Positions 43,702 through 54,511 of a stretch of DNA of 64,000 bases are shown here, one piece after another (the first letter of the stretch is position 1; every line of letters starts with the position of its first letter). Origin of the DNA: Blastocladiella emersonii ATCC 22665 (Eukaryota; Fungi; Blastocladiomycota). Made by a program: the position numbers and the translations under genes. A model generated the notes under the pieces. The model did no database searches. It saw only the letters and a list, made by a program, of their open reading frames with translations, and had not been told where the DNA came from. The DNA is taken from assembly GCA_025594325.1 (NCBI GenBank), contig JANHCV010000008.1:310001-374000 (forward strand), given 5' to 3'.

Positions 43702-46700
43702 TTATTCTTCGGTAGAACTTTCAAGATAAGTAGGAAACAAGGGAAGCAGGAGCCCACGCTTGAGCTCGCCCCTCAGAACGGCAAATGCCGCGACGCTGGC
43801 CGCGGCCTCCGCTTCGGCCTTCGGGCCGATAAACGGGAACTTGTTAATGTCCGGCAGCGATCGATCGACCATGACTGCGTGGCTGTAGCTGAGGTACTCG
43901 CCGACGGACTCCGCGTGAGGGCCAAGTCCAGCACGGAATGAAATCGTCCGCCCACATGCGTGAAGGTACACGGCCTCGGCGATAACAACGACTTTTCAAA
44001 GCTTCTGTACGGCAGCACGCGCAGCGGGCGACTCCGACTTGGGCGGGAGAGGCGGGACATAGACGTAGCTGATGTCAAGAGAAAGCGAAAGTCCAGCGGA
44101 TTTGCCTTGCGGCGGTAGCACAACAGGCCGGTTGAAGAAAATGACGGCCACCACGCCTCGTGAGCCGCCGCCTTCGAGCTTGAGCACGCATGCATTCTCG
44201 TGCTTAAAAACGAAGTTAAGCAAGTGAAAGTAAACGAACTTGAGCCCCGTTGCGTGCCACGCCCCGGCTTTGCCTGGAGGTGGTGGGCCCTCTGGAATTG
44301 GGCAGCGACTTGTCACAAGGGGCCATTCCTCGCGCGTAAACATAGCTCCAAAGGCCGAAAACGCGGCTGTGAGAATGAAGACCGATTCGGGGCAGACCCG
44401 ATCAGGGATAGGGAACGCTGCAAATCGAGGAATCGGCGGACTGAGGCCAAGGACGGGTACGACAACGAACGGTGCCTTGCGCACGGACACAGCAATGCGA
44501 CGCAGTTTGGCATCGACCTTGGCGCTCGTCGCGATACCTGGGCATGGTAGCTGGTAGGTACAGACTTTCCCGTCAACGAGGAGCGTGAGGCGCCGCGGTA
44601 TTGCGCGAGGTCGCGTTCCGGCACAAGTTTGACCACGGAATTGCTGCGACTGCGGGGCAAATCGAGAATAAGCTCAAGCTGCTTCCCGTTCAGATCGAGA
44701 ACGCTGGAGACCGTGAGACGCGTTGGAGAAGCACGAGCGGAAAGGTTTGCAGTCGCTGCATACGACATAATACCGCGAAGTGCGGCCTGCATGTCCTCGA
44801 TGGAGACTGGCGTCACAAGCAAACATTTGGAGTCTTCGCCGCCGCTGAGAGAAAACAATACCTCGTTACTGATGCAGATCCACTCGGCCTCGTTATCAAA
44901 AGCTTCCCGTTGATCAAGAGCAGGTCGAGCTCAGAGCGAGAAGCGAAAGTTGGCCTTGGGCTCAACATCGCGCTGGTTCATGTACCATACAACACTGACG
45001 GTACCGTTGATTTCGTCAAGCGCGTGTCGAACCGCGTGAAACAGAGTGCGATCGAGACCATTGGTACAGCCAATGCGGGTGACTGAAGTTGGATGGATAT
45101 TAGGAAGCAGCGAAAAGGTCGCGCAGAGCTGCAAGATGGGCGGAGCAGCTTGATTGTCAAAATCGAAAGCAAAGCCGTGGGCCCGAGCGTACAGGCCACG
45201 CTCCGAGTTAGAACTGTTGATGAAGCCAATCTCGCTCAAATCCCGATCAAGCAGCTCGATGTCGCCGCACGGCCAGGGAAGCAAAGTGTACGGATCTGCC
45301 GCAGACCACACAAGTCGCCAAGAAGCGAAAGCGTACGCGAGAAGCTTTGGCGCAAACGTCGCGGTCGTGAAGGTTCCGCCTATGTTTCTGGATGTTAGTA
45401 CGGCGCTTGTTTTGTCTAATGTGCCAACGTACCAAGTGTAAACCGGTCGACATCGCGCTGTTGATCCAAAGTAAGGATAAAGCGGACAATCATCTTCCAC
45501 AAGTAGTCAGATCCGGGACCCAGCAACGCGATCGGCGCGTCGGCTGCACTCACCTTGCAAAAAGTGCTCCTGCGGTGAAGCAAGGTTCCACGGGATTTGA
45601 TCCTATTCAAAGAAACGGGCCGGGCGTGGGCCGTCCAATGTTCGTGATCAAGCGGCCGGTTCTCCCAGAGCGTTACGCCAAAAAGTGTGAGCAACGCGGG
45701 GAGAGGGAGATTGTATCGGACGTTTAAGGACTCGGCGATCGAGGGAGCTACAGTACTGGCTGTTACCGTTTCGATCATGAGAAGCAGAGACCGGTCAAGC
45801 GCCAACGAGTTGTTGTACTTGAGGAGCGCAGACCCGTGCAAAAGAAGATTTAGATCGCCGCAACGGTCGGCCAGCGTGGAAGTGTCGACCACATCGAAGC
45901 GCTGACCGGGGTCTGCGGCAAGCTGCTCCATGACCAGGACCGCGTCGCCAAGAGCGAAAGTTATGCGAGCTCGAGTGCCGTTGGCTCCATCCGGGACGGG
46001 CCGCAAAGTGTCCGTCAGCGCCTGCACCCACTCCTTGACCTGACGCAACATCGACCTGTCGATGGGCTCCCGTGTCACGTCCACGTAGAATCCAGTTGAG
46101 GCCGGCGCGATGATCTTGATTTCTCGCGAGGTCGCACCGTAAAAGGTCAGGTTGGGAAAGCGGTCCATTTGCGTGCACCGAAAGTACTCGTTTGACTCGA
46201 TCGTGCGGTCGATCCAACAAAGCCGACGCGCCTTAACCGCAGACCCAACCTTGTATTCCGAGTCAAAGAAGACAGCTGAGGTGGTACGGCCGACCAAGAC
46301 CTCGCGCACGGTGCGCCGACAATGGGCGCAGTCAACGTCTGTGCAGTCCAAGTGCGGCTTCTCGACGCTCGTAATTTGGGGGTGCTCGAGCGCAAGCGAG
46401 TCGAGCAGCCGCGCGCGGGCGGTCGCTTGCTCTGCCAATGTAGGAAGGGAGTCACCACGCTCGAGCCAGCGAATCCAGCACTCTCGAACAGCATACAGAG
46501 TCGCATTGTCAAGGACACGGACCGGCGACGTGGGAGAGAGCCAGTCAAAGTCGATGCACTTGCGCAGCTGTTCCAGTAAGAAGACGTGACAGGGCAGTTC
46601 AATCTGTTCCGAAAGCCAGAGTTGGGCGACCATGAAGTAAAAGAAGGTCACGCTGTGGCTCCGGACAAAGCATAACCGCGTGCAAGATGAGAAGCGAGCG

Positions 46701-46994
46701 AGCCATCGGCTCTGGGCGTAAGTCGTTGAGGGTAAAGGACATGGCGGCGCGCGAGCCTTTGCGCTTCGCCTCGATGAGCGCGTGCGCGACCGAGCGCAAG
46801 TCGTGAAAGCCGCACAGCAGAGCATCAAGTTTGCGACCGTCGTTGCTCTCGTTGTGGTAGAGGAAGACGTCGGCGGCGCACGAGTCGCGGAATGGATCGA
46901 AGTGCTCGGCTGGGTCGGTGAGCAAAATCGACGCGCTCGTCTGCGCAGGCATAAATTCGAGCTCCGCTAAGTCCATTGCAGTAAGTTGCTTCAT
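43702..46994 (-). pseudogene. DUF4470 (fungal MYND-associated family)-like gene broken by frameshifts and stops
   Basis: ALLCGFHDLRSV...FTLNDLRPEPMARSLLIL and RFDVVDTSTLADRCGDLNLL match remembered motifs of fungal DUF4470 proteins; spread over ORFs 46599-46994, 45416-46828, 44931-45500, 44313-44858, 43996-44490 and 43702-43971. Confidence 0.65.
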
Positions 46995-47173
46995 CAGCTT
47001 TGCATGGAGTTAAGTGGTGAGGGGAGGAGGGATGGAGGCAAGGGAGGCGCTGCGTTTGGCGACCGCGCAAGCGGCCCGCGCGATAAGCAACACGTGTTTT
47101 CGGAACGCGTCTCACGACTCTTCATGCCCGCTGCGCCGCCCGAGCCTGAGCATCGATGGCCTCCAGAGTGCAC

Positions 47174-48770
47174 TCAGAATAAGGCTCAGTAAATTTTACT
47201 TGAACCACCTAGACGCTTCGCGTCTGGTCTTCAATCGAGGGCTAAAGCCTTCCGCCACGTTGGAGCTTCGGCTCACACGGGATACCTTTGTCCGCTGAAA
47301 GTCCTGCGAGAGTTTCGAGGCTCGTCTTGGCTCGATCGTTCCCTGCTCCTTCATCATCAGCTGTAAACGAGTGTTCGTACGCGAATCGAGCGGGCGGCGC
47401 AGCTCGTTGTACGCCAGCGGTTAATCGTAGAATGAGTCTCGCGCGGCTTCGTGTAACACGGGTAGCTAGAAGTGCAGCCTGTCGTTCACTTGTGGTACCT
47501 GAAAATGGTCGCCGACGAAAGTTACGATGCAGCCGCCGACCAGCTCGTCGCACCGCCGTAGCGCCCGAAGACTCGCGTCAACACGCCAGATCGTGCAGTA
47601 CGTGTTGAGCCATCAACTGATCAATTCATGCTGCAAAACAAACGTACCCAGCGGCGAGGTCGACGACGTGGACGGACGGACGTCAGGTGTTGCGCTGGCC
47701 AAGTTCGTGGTCGCGTCGTCGTCAACATCCGTGGCGTTGGAGGACGTACTTATTTACTTGCGACGCGGCGCCCGTCTCGGGCGCGATGAGCGACGATTAC
47801 GCGGCCATGGTGGCAGCGCAGACGGCCATGACCATGGTGGCGGTGCAGACGGCCGTGACCATGGTGGCGGTGCAGACGGCTGGCGGTATGTCAGCCTTAC
47901 TGCGCTGGCGGTACTTGCCCAGGATCTCGACGGCCACGAGGTGGTGCGATACGAACTTCTCGTGCCACTGGGTACGGCCGCACGTAAAATGTGCATGACC
48001 CTGGTCTAATGGCGCGAAACATAGCGAGAGGACCACCTCGTCGGTCAGACAGGAGCTTCACTGTGCCGTCGTGCGAAGGAGCCCGACGAGTCACAGCAGC
48101 TCGTGCGCGTGCAGAGTATGCCGCGCCTGCCCCTCCTCGGCAATGAATAGGCGCGCGCGTCGCCGAAAACGCCAGGCTTGTCTGACGCGGCGCCTTAGTC
48201 GAACAGCCGGCCGAACAGGTACTTGACGATGAGCCCGCGGTTGTGCAAGCGCCGCGCGGCCTGCAAGGTCGGTTTTGTGCTCGCGACTATGACGGAGTTC
48301 GAGTGCGTCGCCAGCTGCTCGCACGACATGTTGAGCGCGGCGATCATGCTCGCATCGCGGTACTGCCGGTCGCCACCGTCTACAGGACACGCCACAAGTT
48401 CCGCCGGGTCGCCGCCGCACCAGAAGTTTAGCGCCAGTGAGTTGTTCGGGTTCGGCGTCAACGTAAAACAGACGTGGGGGAGGCCGAACCGCCGCACTAT
48501 GGCCGTGACGCGCTGGCCAAGGTCGTGTCGCTCGCCTTTGCTGCCCCAGAAGTTGGTCGACGACGTAGAGAGTTCGCTCAGCGTACCGAGAGCCGCGATT
48601 GGCCGTTGCCTGAGTTCTGATCCGGGAACGCCGCGATGTGCGCTCCCTCGAAATACCGTATGCCAGGCCAACGCCGACTGCAAGTTTTCTGTCGCGAGGT
48701 CGGCGGCCGTGGTCGCCAAGTTGGGGCTGAGCGCGCAAAGTCTACCGCGCTCCCATGATTGATGCACTTC
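47174..48770 (-). mobile_element. Helitron derivative C: Rep HUH domain and helicase remnants, with a candidate 3' subterminal repeat
   Basis: VRRFGLPHVCFTLTPN (Helitron_like_N), GVFG, EEGQARHTLHAHELL* (HUH motif at 48103-48111); RVDASLR...GGCIVTFVGDHFQVPQV (PIF1 motif III, 47482-47600); GIPCEPKLQRGGR; GCCTTATTCTGAG at 47186-47174 resembles the 3' subTIR. Confidence 0.75.
47805..47880 (+). repeat. 27 bp tandem repeat, about 2.8 copies
   Basis: CCATGGTGGCGGTGCAGACGGCCRTGA units directly adjacent, with no spacers. Confidence 0.8.
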
Positions 48771-49667
48771 AAGCTTTGCGGGCCGTGCGGGACGTAGGGC
48801 TACGCGCGGACAGCAACCAAGGCCTGTCCGAGTTTCTAGGCAAAGGAGCAGAGACGGGTGTTTAGAGAACCCAATGTCGGTCGGAGGTGCGTTGCTTCAA
48901 GCTCTTAACTGTTGGGCACGGGTGTGAGCACAGCCAAATGGTGGTCGGGGGGGGGGAGGAAAGAATAGGAGCGAGGGCGAGGGACGGTGCGTGGCCGAGT
49001 ACGGGACCAGCCACCGCATCGAGCGCGCTGTCCGTTACTGTTCGTTAACGTGGTGTTACCGTTGCCCGTACTGTTCGGACAAGTGGCAAGGCTACATGAA
49101 CGCGCACAGCCCGCACTGATCATCGGCCTGTTGCGCGTCCGTCCCTTCTCGATCTTCTTCATGTGTGGGTGGTCAAGCCCTCACCCGGAATCGCTCAAGA
49201 CTGTCATCACGCTCGCGAGCTCCACAACAACACGCGCGAACGATGAACGAAGCTTCACGCTCGCTCGAACATGATCGAGCGTCGCGAGCCTCCGCCACTC
49301 ACGCTCGTATGAGGGCCTCGAGTTGAATGACGCGGTTCGTTCGCGACCAACGCGACGGGTGCGCCACGCACCGCAAACGCCGAAGCGCAAAACCAGCCGA
49401 AGCGTCTGCGGTGAACAGTAGAACCGGCGCACGTGACGAAAACCAGCGGTGCAAAACCGCGCGCCCAGCCACCCACGCGCGCCGCGGCGCCACGGCAGCA
49501 GGCAAGGACCAGGGCAAGGACAGCAAGCGCTCGCTCCGCCCTCAAAACCGCCCGCTCGCCCCGCCCGCCCCCGCGTCTGCTCGCCCGGCATGTAGAGTCC
49601 GTGCAACTCAACTCGCGCATTGCTCCGACCCGATACCCGATACCCCTCGCACTGCACGCGCTACGCC

Positions 49668-49916
49668 ATGGCCCATGGAGACCAGTCCGCCGCCTCCTCG
49701 TCTACCGCGCCGGCCGCGGACCCGCTCAACAACCTTCCTGCGTTCGGCGACATCGCGCCCGCAACGCACGGCGACGGCGACCTCAACGACGTGCACGAGG
49801 GCGAGGGTCTGTTCCACCTGATCGGCGAGTCGACGGACGGCTGGAGCCTCGCCGAGCTGCCCGAGTCGGCCCACTCGTGGTTGTGGTCCGACTACGACTC
49901 GTCGCAAGACGCCTAG
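49668..49916 (+). CDS. Small acidic hypothetical protein (82 aa)
   Basis: Host-like codon usage, CGCCATGG start context; no domain recognised. Confidence 0.3.
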   Translation: MAHGDQSAASSSTAPAADPLNNLPAFGDIAPATHGDGDLNDVHEGEGLFHLIGESTDGWSLAELPESAHSWLWSDYDSSQDA

Positions 49917-51027
49917 GCCAAGCGCAGGCGCCGATTAAGAACCTGCGCGCCGGCCCGCTCGCCATCATGCGTGCCCGCGCCCGGCTCTGCGCCGCGCCGC
50001 GCCCATCTGCGCGACCGCGCGCGGCGTCCGTGCTCATCCGGCGCTCAACAAGTCCACGCTCGTCTCGCGCTCGTCCCGCCGACTCGTTGCAAGTTCTTCT
50101 CCATCAAGTCCTAACCGCCGTCGAACACATAGTCGGCGGCGGTTCGGCGTAGTCACCCGTTCGTCTCCGTTTCTGTACATTTTGCACACATAAACCAGTT
50201 TCTTGACCAACGGACGGACCGAAGGCAGCGCTTGAATAGCACTGCAGCGCGTTGCGTGCACAAGAAGGTCGGTGAGTAATCCGAGGGGAACGCCGACTTG
50301 CTCGCCGTAGTAGCGTTCTTCGTTCGAAGCGTTCGGCTTCCGCCGATCGGCAACGTGATGGTGACTTGGGTCTGCGGGGAAAGAAGGCCAAACACGCGCG
50401 GACCGTCCTCGCTTCCTTGAACCGACGCCGCTTCCATGTATCTTGACCGCGCCGCACTTGCTACTTGTTGCAAACCGTTGCCTTGAACACGTTGACACTC
50501 TTGCCGGCGGCTGCGGGCGCCGCGCTGAGTTTGAGTGCCACTCGTAGATGCGGCGCCCTGCTGTTTCGGCGCTACTGCAGGCGCGGGCGCGGGCGCGTGG
50601 AGAGGAGTACATGATCCCGTCACCCACAGCGCGTGCCGATCGCGCTTCGCAGTCATCTTGTCGAAGTGCGAGCTGAGCGCGCCCACACGCGGCTCGTCGC
50701 GCCGTGCTTATTCGCGCCGCGGACGACGAGTGCTTCGAGCCCGCTACGCGCGTGCATGCAGCCCGTTACTCGAGACAGTTCCTCGCGTGCTTGACTTCAT
50801 CCTGTTTAAGATTCAGTGCCAATGCGTTGATGGCGTCGTCCTCGTCCTCGCCATCGCCCTTTTTCTCGTCTGGAAGGATCAGGCGGACCGTGTGCAGCAA
50901 GTGAACGCAAACTCGATCTAGTGTTCCAGCGCTTGCACAACACGTTCTCACTGCCATGCCCCGCCTGCTACGCTCACGCTAACCATCGAATCGAAACCGA
51001 TTGGCCGCCGAGCCCGCAATCAGAGCA

Positions 51028-51266
51028 GTCCGCGACCGCGTGCACGAGTCCTTTGGCGTAGCTGCTTATCTGCACGCCCTCCCCGCGATAGCAACATCGT
51101 CGACGACCACGCGTTGCGCCCATCTCTCGCGCCTGGGTTATCAGGGCACATATTGCACGCGTAGCATGCGCGAGAGACGAGCGCGCGGTGGTTGCAACGA
51201 CGAAACTGGGCGAGGAGAAGCGTAGATAGCAGGTGCGTCGACGCGTGCACGCGGTCGCGGGCCGGG
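51028..51266 (-). repeat. Fold-back element, copy 4 (inverted orientation)
   Basis: GTCCGCGACCGCGTGCACGAGTC ... GACGCGTGCACGCGGTCGCGGGCC; inner stem TCTCTCGCGC/GCGCGAGAGA; apex GGGTTATCAGGGCA at 51135-51148. Confidence 0.85.
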
Positions 51267-52942
51267 TCTAAAAACTGGCTTGGCTTGTGGGTCGATTTCG
51301 ACGAGGTGAGCGTCGCAACCGGGTGAATGTCGAAGAGCTGGTCTCGTAGTATTGTTCGTACACTGCGGGAGACGCAGCTATCACGAGAAGAGTCGAGTCT
51401 TGGCCAATTGGTCGCCTACGCAACCCAAATGTCCGTCAGTTATGTGTCTTGACATGCAACGAGCCTGTGTAGTACCATGCATTTCTTGGTGTTGTTAGGC
51501 TCAGAAGTGATCAGGGAGATTGAGGAATGTGCGGTCATTGTGACACGGGCGAGCGGACGCAGGACGTGCGAGCAGTTGATGACTAGCGAAACACGAGCAG
51601 ATTAGTCCAGTCAGGCATAGGAAAAGCGAAGCATCAGCTATGCATCAGGCTGGATCGTGTACCTGGCTCGGAAGCAGTCGTTGAACGAAGTGAGATCGCG
51701 CGGCGGTTGACAGACCACAACTCTTGCTCATTGAGCAACTAACAACGGTCCGTTACGGAATGCCAGCCATGGAGCCGAACCGCGAACAAGCGCCGTTGTC
51801 AGATGGACCTGCGTGTTGTGTCGTGAAATCGCGGCGACGCGGGGACCAAGTATTCCGACTGCAACCGCGGGAGCTAACGGAAAGCTCCATCTCAAACGCG
51901 ATGCGGGTGCTTAAAACAAGTGATGCTCCATTTAACTGTGATAACGATGAGGGAGACGCGCCTGAAAGAGCCCGCTTGAGATGGTGGAGAGGCGCGCGCG
52001 CAGCGCCGCAGGGGTAAGCAGCGACGATCAGCTGATCCGCCACATGATTTCGCGACGCGTCCCACAGTCCGCCCGCGTTGCTCACCAAGCCTCTTGCGCG
52101 GGTCATGAGCGCCTTACACGGCTCAGCTGTGGTGCTGCGTTCAAGCGCTCGATGGGAATGCTGTCCCGGTCCCGCGGAGTCGACGCGATGCGCCACGCGG
52201 CGGCGGCGCCACGCCACTTCAGTTCCGCCGCCTCGGGCCCACCAATATCGGCCGCTCCTCACCGCTGCGCGACCCTTTACCGCGGAATTCATGCGTTCAC
52301 CAAGTGCGCCGACGACGTGGCAGTCGGCCATTGGCATGGGGCACCCTAGCCGCGGTCACTCGGTCGCGCGATTCGAGTTTGGCCGGCCATGGACCCGCAC
52401 ACGCCTTCGCGGCCGTCGTCGCCTTCGGCGAGCACGCGCTTGCTTTCACGTCCACAACGGCGATGAGGACCGACGCGGCGGAGGAATCCTGCGTCGACGA
52501 TTGTCCGCCCTGCCGTTCGGCCGGCTCGCGCGATGTGGCGCAGCCGCGAATGAAAACCGCCGCCTATTTCCGACTCCCTTCTCCTCGCTCGCTCACTCCG
52601 CGCTTCGCATTGGCCAGCGACAGCGACCCCAACGCGTATTTCGAGCACCTGGGTCGCGGACGTGCACGTTGAAAATTTCACGCTACGCCCCACGGCAAGC
52701 CCCAGCGCCCATCTCGCTGCACCACCTTGCTCGTCAAGTGGAGGGGGATAATCGGCGCGCGCAGCGGCAACGAGGATTCCTCCGCTCGTGCGTCCGTCCC
52801 CGCCGCTTGCGTTGCTGACACGCTGACCATGGCCATCACGGCGGTGCGCGAGCGAGCGAGGCCTACAAGTAGAGCTCGTCTCCCACCTCTCTCGCACGAC
52901 CACTAACAACCTCTCGCCGAGACCAAGCTCACCGCCATCACC

Positions 52943-53671
52943 ATGACCTCCGTCAACACGCCGCCCGAGTCGTCGGCCAAGTTCCCGTGGGCGCCGCCCG
53001 TCCTGTACCGCGTACACAACAAGCTGGCGCCGCCGACCAACTTCACCGACGACCGCTGGTTCAAGGGCCTGCGCTACGGGCTCATGGGCTACTGCCTGCT
53101 GGCCGCGGGCTTTTTCGTGTTGACGGGCCTCAACCTCGTGCTCCGGTTCATCCCGCGCAGCAGCGACTCGCCGACCGTGTGGGAGGTGCTGCCCGAGCAG
53201 TACTACTTCATGAACCGACTCGTCCACGAGTGGATGTACGTGGCCGCGGCGCTGTCGGCTCTGGGTTTCATCATGAACGTGTTCGGGATCGCCGCCGTGT
53301 ACCTGCGCAACATCCGGCTCGTCTTCGTGTACCTGCTGTGGTCGGTGGGGCACGTGCTCATGTACGCGGCGGTCATGGGCGTGACGCTGATCCTCATCAC
53401 CAAGAACGCGAGCGAGCGCACGTTTCCCGGCACGCGCGTCGAGGACAAGACGTTTGGCGACCATATCGCGAGCTGGGTCATGCTGCTCACGTTCCTGCTG
53501 CCCGACTTTGCGCTGTGGAGCCTGACCCGTGCGGCCGCGTGCTTTGTGACGTGGCTCTTTTACACGGAGCTGCGCAACTACAAGCTCGAGCTCGCCCGCC
53601 ACGCGCGCGAGACCGCGCCGCAGCCCGATGGCCAGGGCAAGGACGGGCCCGAGTTTGTGATGGCTGCTTGA
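52943..53671 (+). CDS. Four-TM membrane protein of unknown function
   Basis: 242 aa intronless ORF, GC3-rich codons, four hydrophobic helices. Confidence 0.75.
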   Translation: MTSVNTPPESSAKFPWAPPVLYRVHNKLAPPTNFTDDRWFKGLRYGLMGYCLLAAGFFVLTGLNLVLRFIPRSSDSPTVWEVLPEQYYFMNRLVHEWMYVAAALSALGFIMNVFGIAAVYLRNIRLVFVYLLWSVGHVLMYAAVMGVTLILITKNASERTFPGTRVEDKTFGDHIASWVMLLTFLLPDFALWSLTRAAACFVTWLFYTELRNYKLELARHARETAPQPDGQGKDGPEFVMAA

Positions 53672-54511
53672 GTTCGGTCCTGTGATAGAGTAGACGGATA
53701 CCCTTCGCGACCACGACCTCGTCATGGAGTGCAGTGAGGGACATGCTAGAAGCGGTCGCGAGTTGATGGCTATGGTCACGAAGCTGGACACCTGCCTCAG
53801 CGTCCGTGTTCGCGATCACGCACGCAAAGAGTCAATAGCCGCGCTACAGCATGGATTCAAGTAGTTGCTCGAGCTCGGCGACGGCCCAACATTGACCTTG
53901 ATGGCACCGTCGACGTCGATGGCCATCGTGAGTCCCGTATTCCCGCCAAGTCCACTCACGGACTGCTCCTTCACGTCCGAAAACGCGTCGCCGACGCGCG
54001 CGTCAAGACCGCATGCTGCTTCCGAGTTCTCGGAAAGCCCATGGATTCCCGCTCGAAGCTGGCGGCGAGACGACGGCCGACTTGGTGAGGCAGGACGACC
54101 AGGCAAAGCAGCGTGGCCCAGGTCTGCTGCTCTCAAGTTACCTCACTCATCGTAGCCGCGGCAATCGTGCACAGACACTGCGAGGCAAGTCGCTTGCTTA
54201 CTGGCGCTCCATCAACGTCGATCGTGGCGACGGGACGCTGCGACCAGCTCATTGCACTGAGTGCGACTGCACATATTCATATCCCACTTGAATATGGGGT
54301 CTGAAAGGTGAGGCGATTCGAACCTTCGCGCGACGCGTCTCGAAAGCAATTGCGCAGCGGTCACGCGCGTCACGTTCCGCGCGCTTGACGCGTCGCGACA
54401 CGCGTCGCGCGTGTCTCGCACCTCGCCTTCACAGTGTTCCCACAAGCTTCCCGCGGCCCCGTCCCGCTCTCTCTCTCCTTTCAACCAGTAACTACTAGAG
54501 CCAGCCAAACC

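Noticed and set aside
47805-47880. 27 bp repeats as a CRISPR array
   Set aside because: Units are contiguous with no spacers, the genome is eukaryotic, and there are no cas genes.
50700-50957. Possible fourth copy of cassette gene D (LDRVCVHLL..PDEKKG)
   Set aside because: Similarity is limited to a few residues and there is no adjacent A gene.
52280-52340. FTKCADDVAVG as a reverse transcriptase YADD-like motif
   Set aside because: No other RT motifs in any frame nearby.
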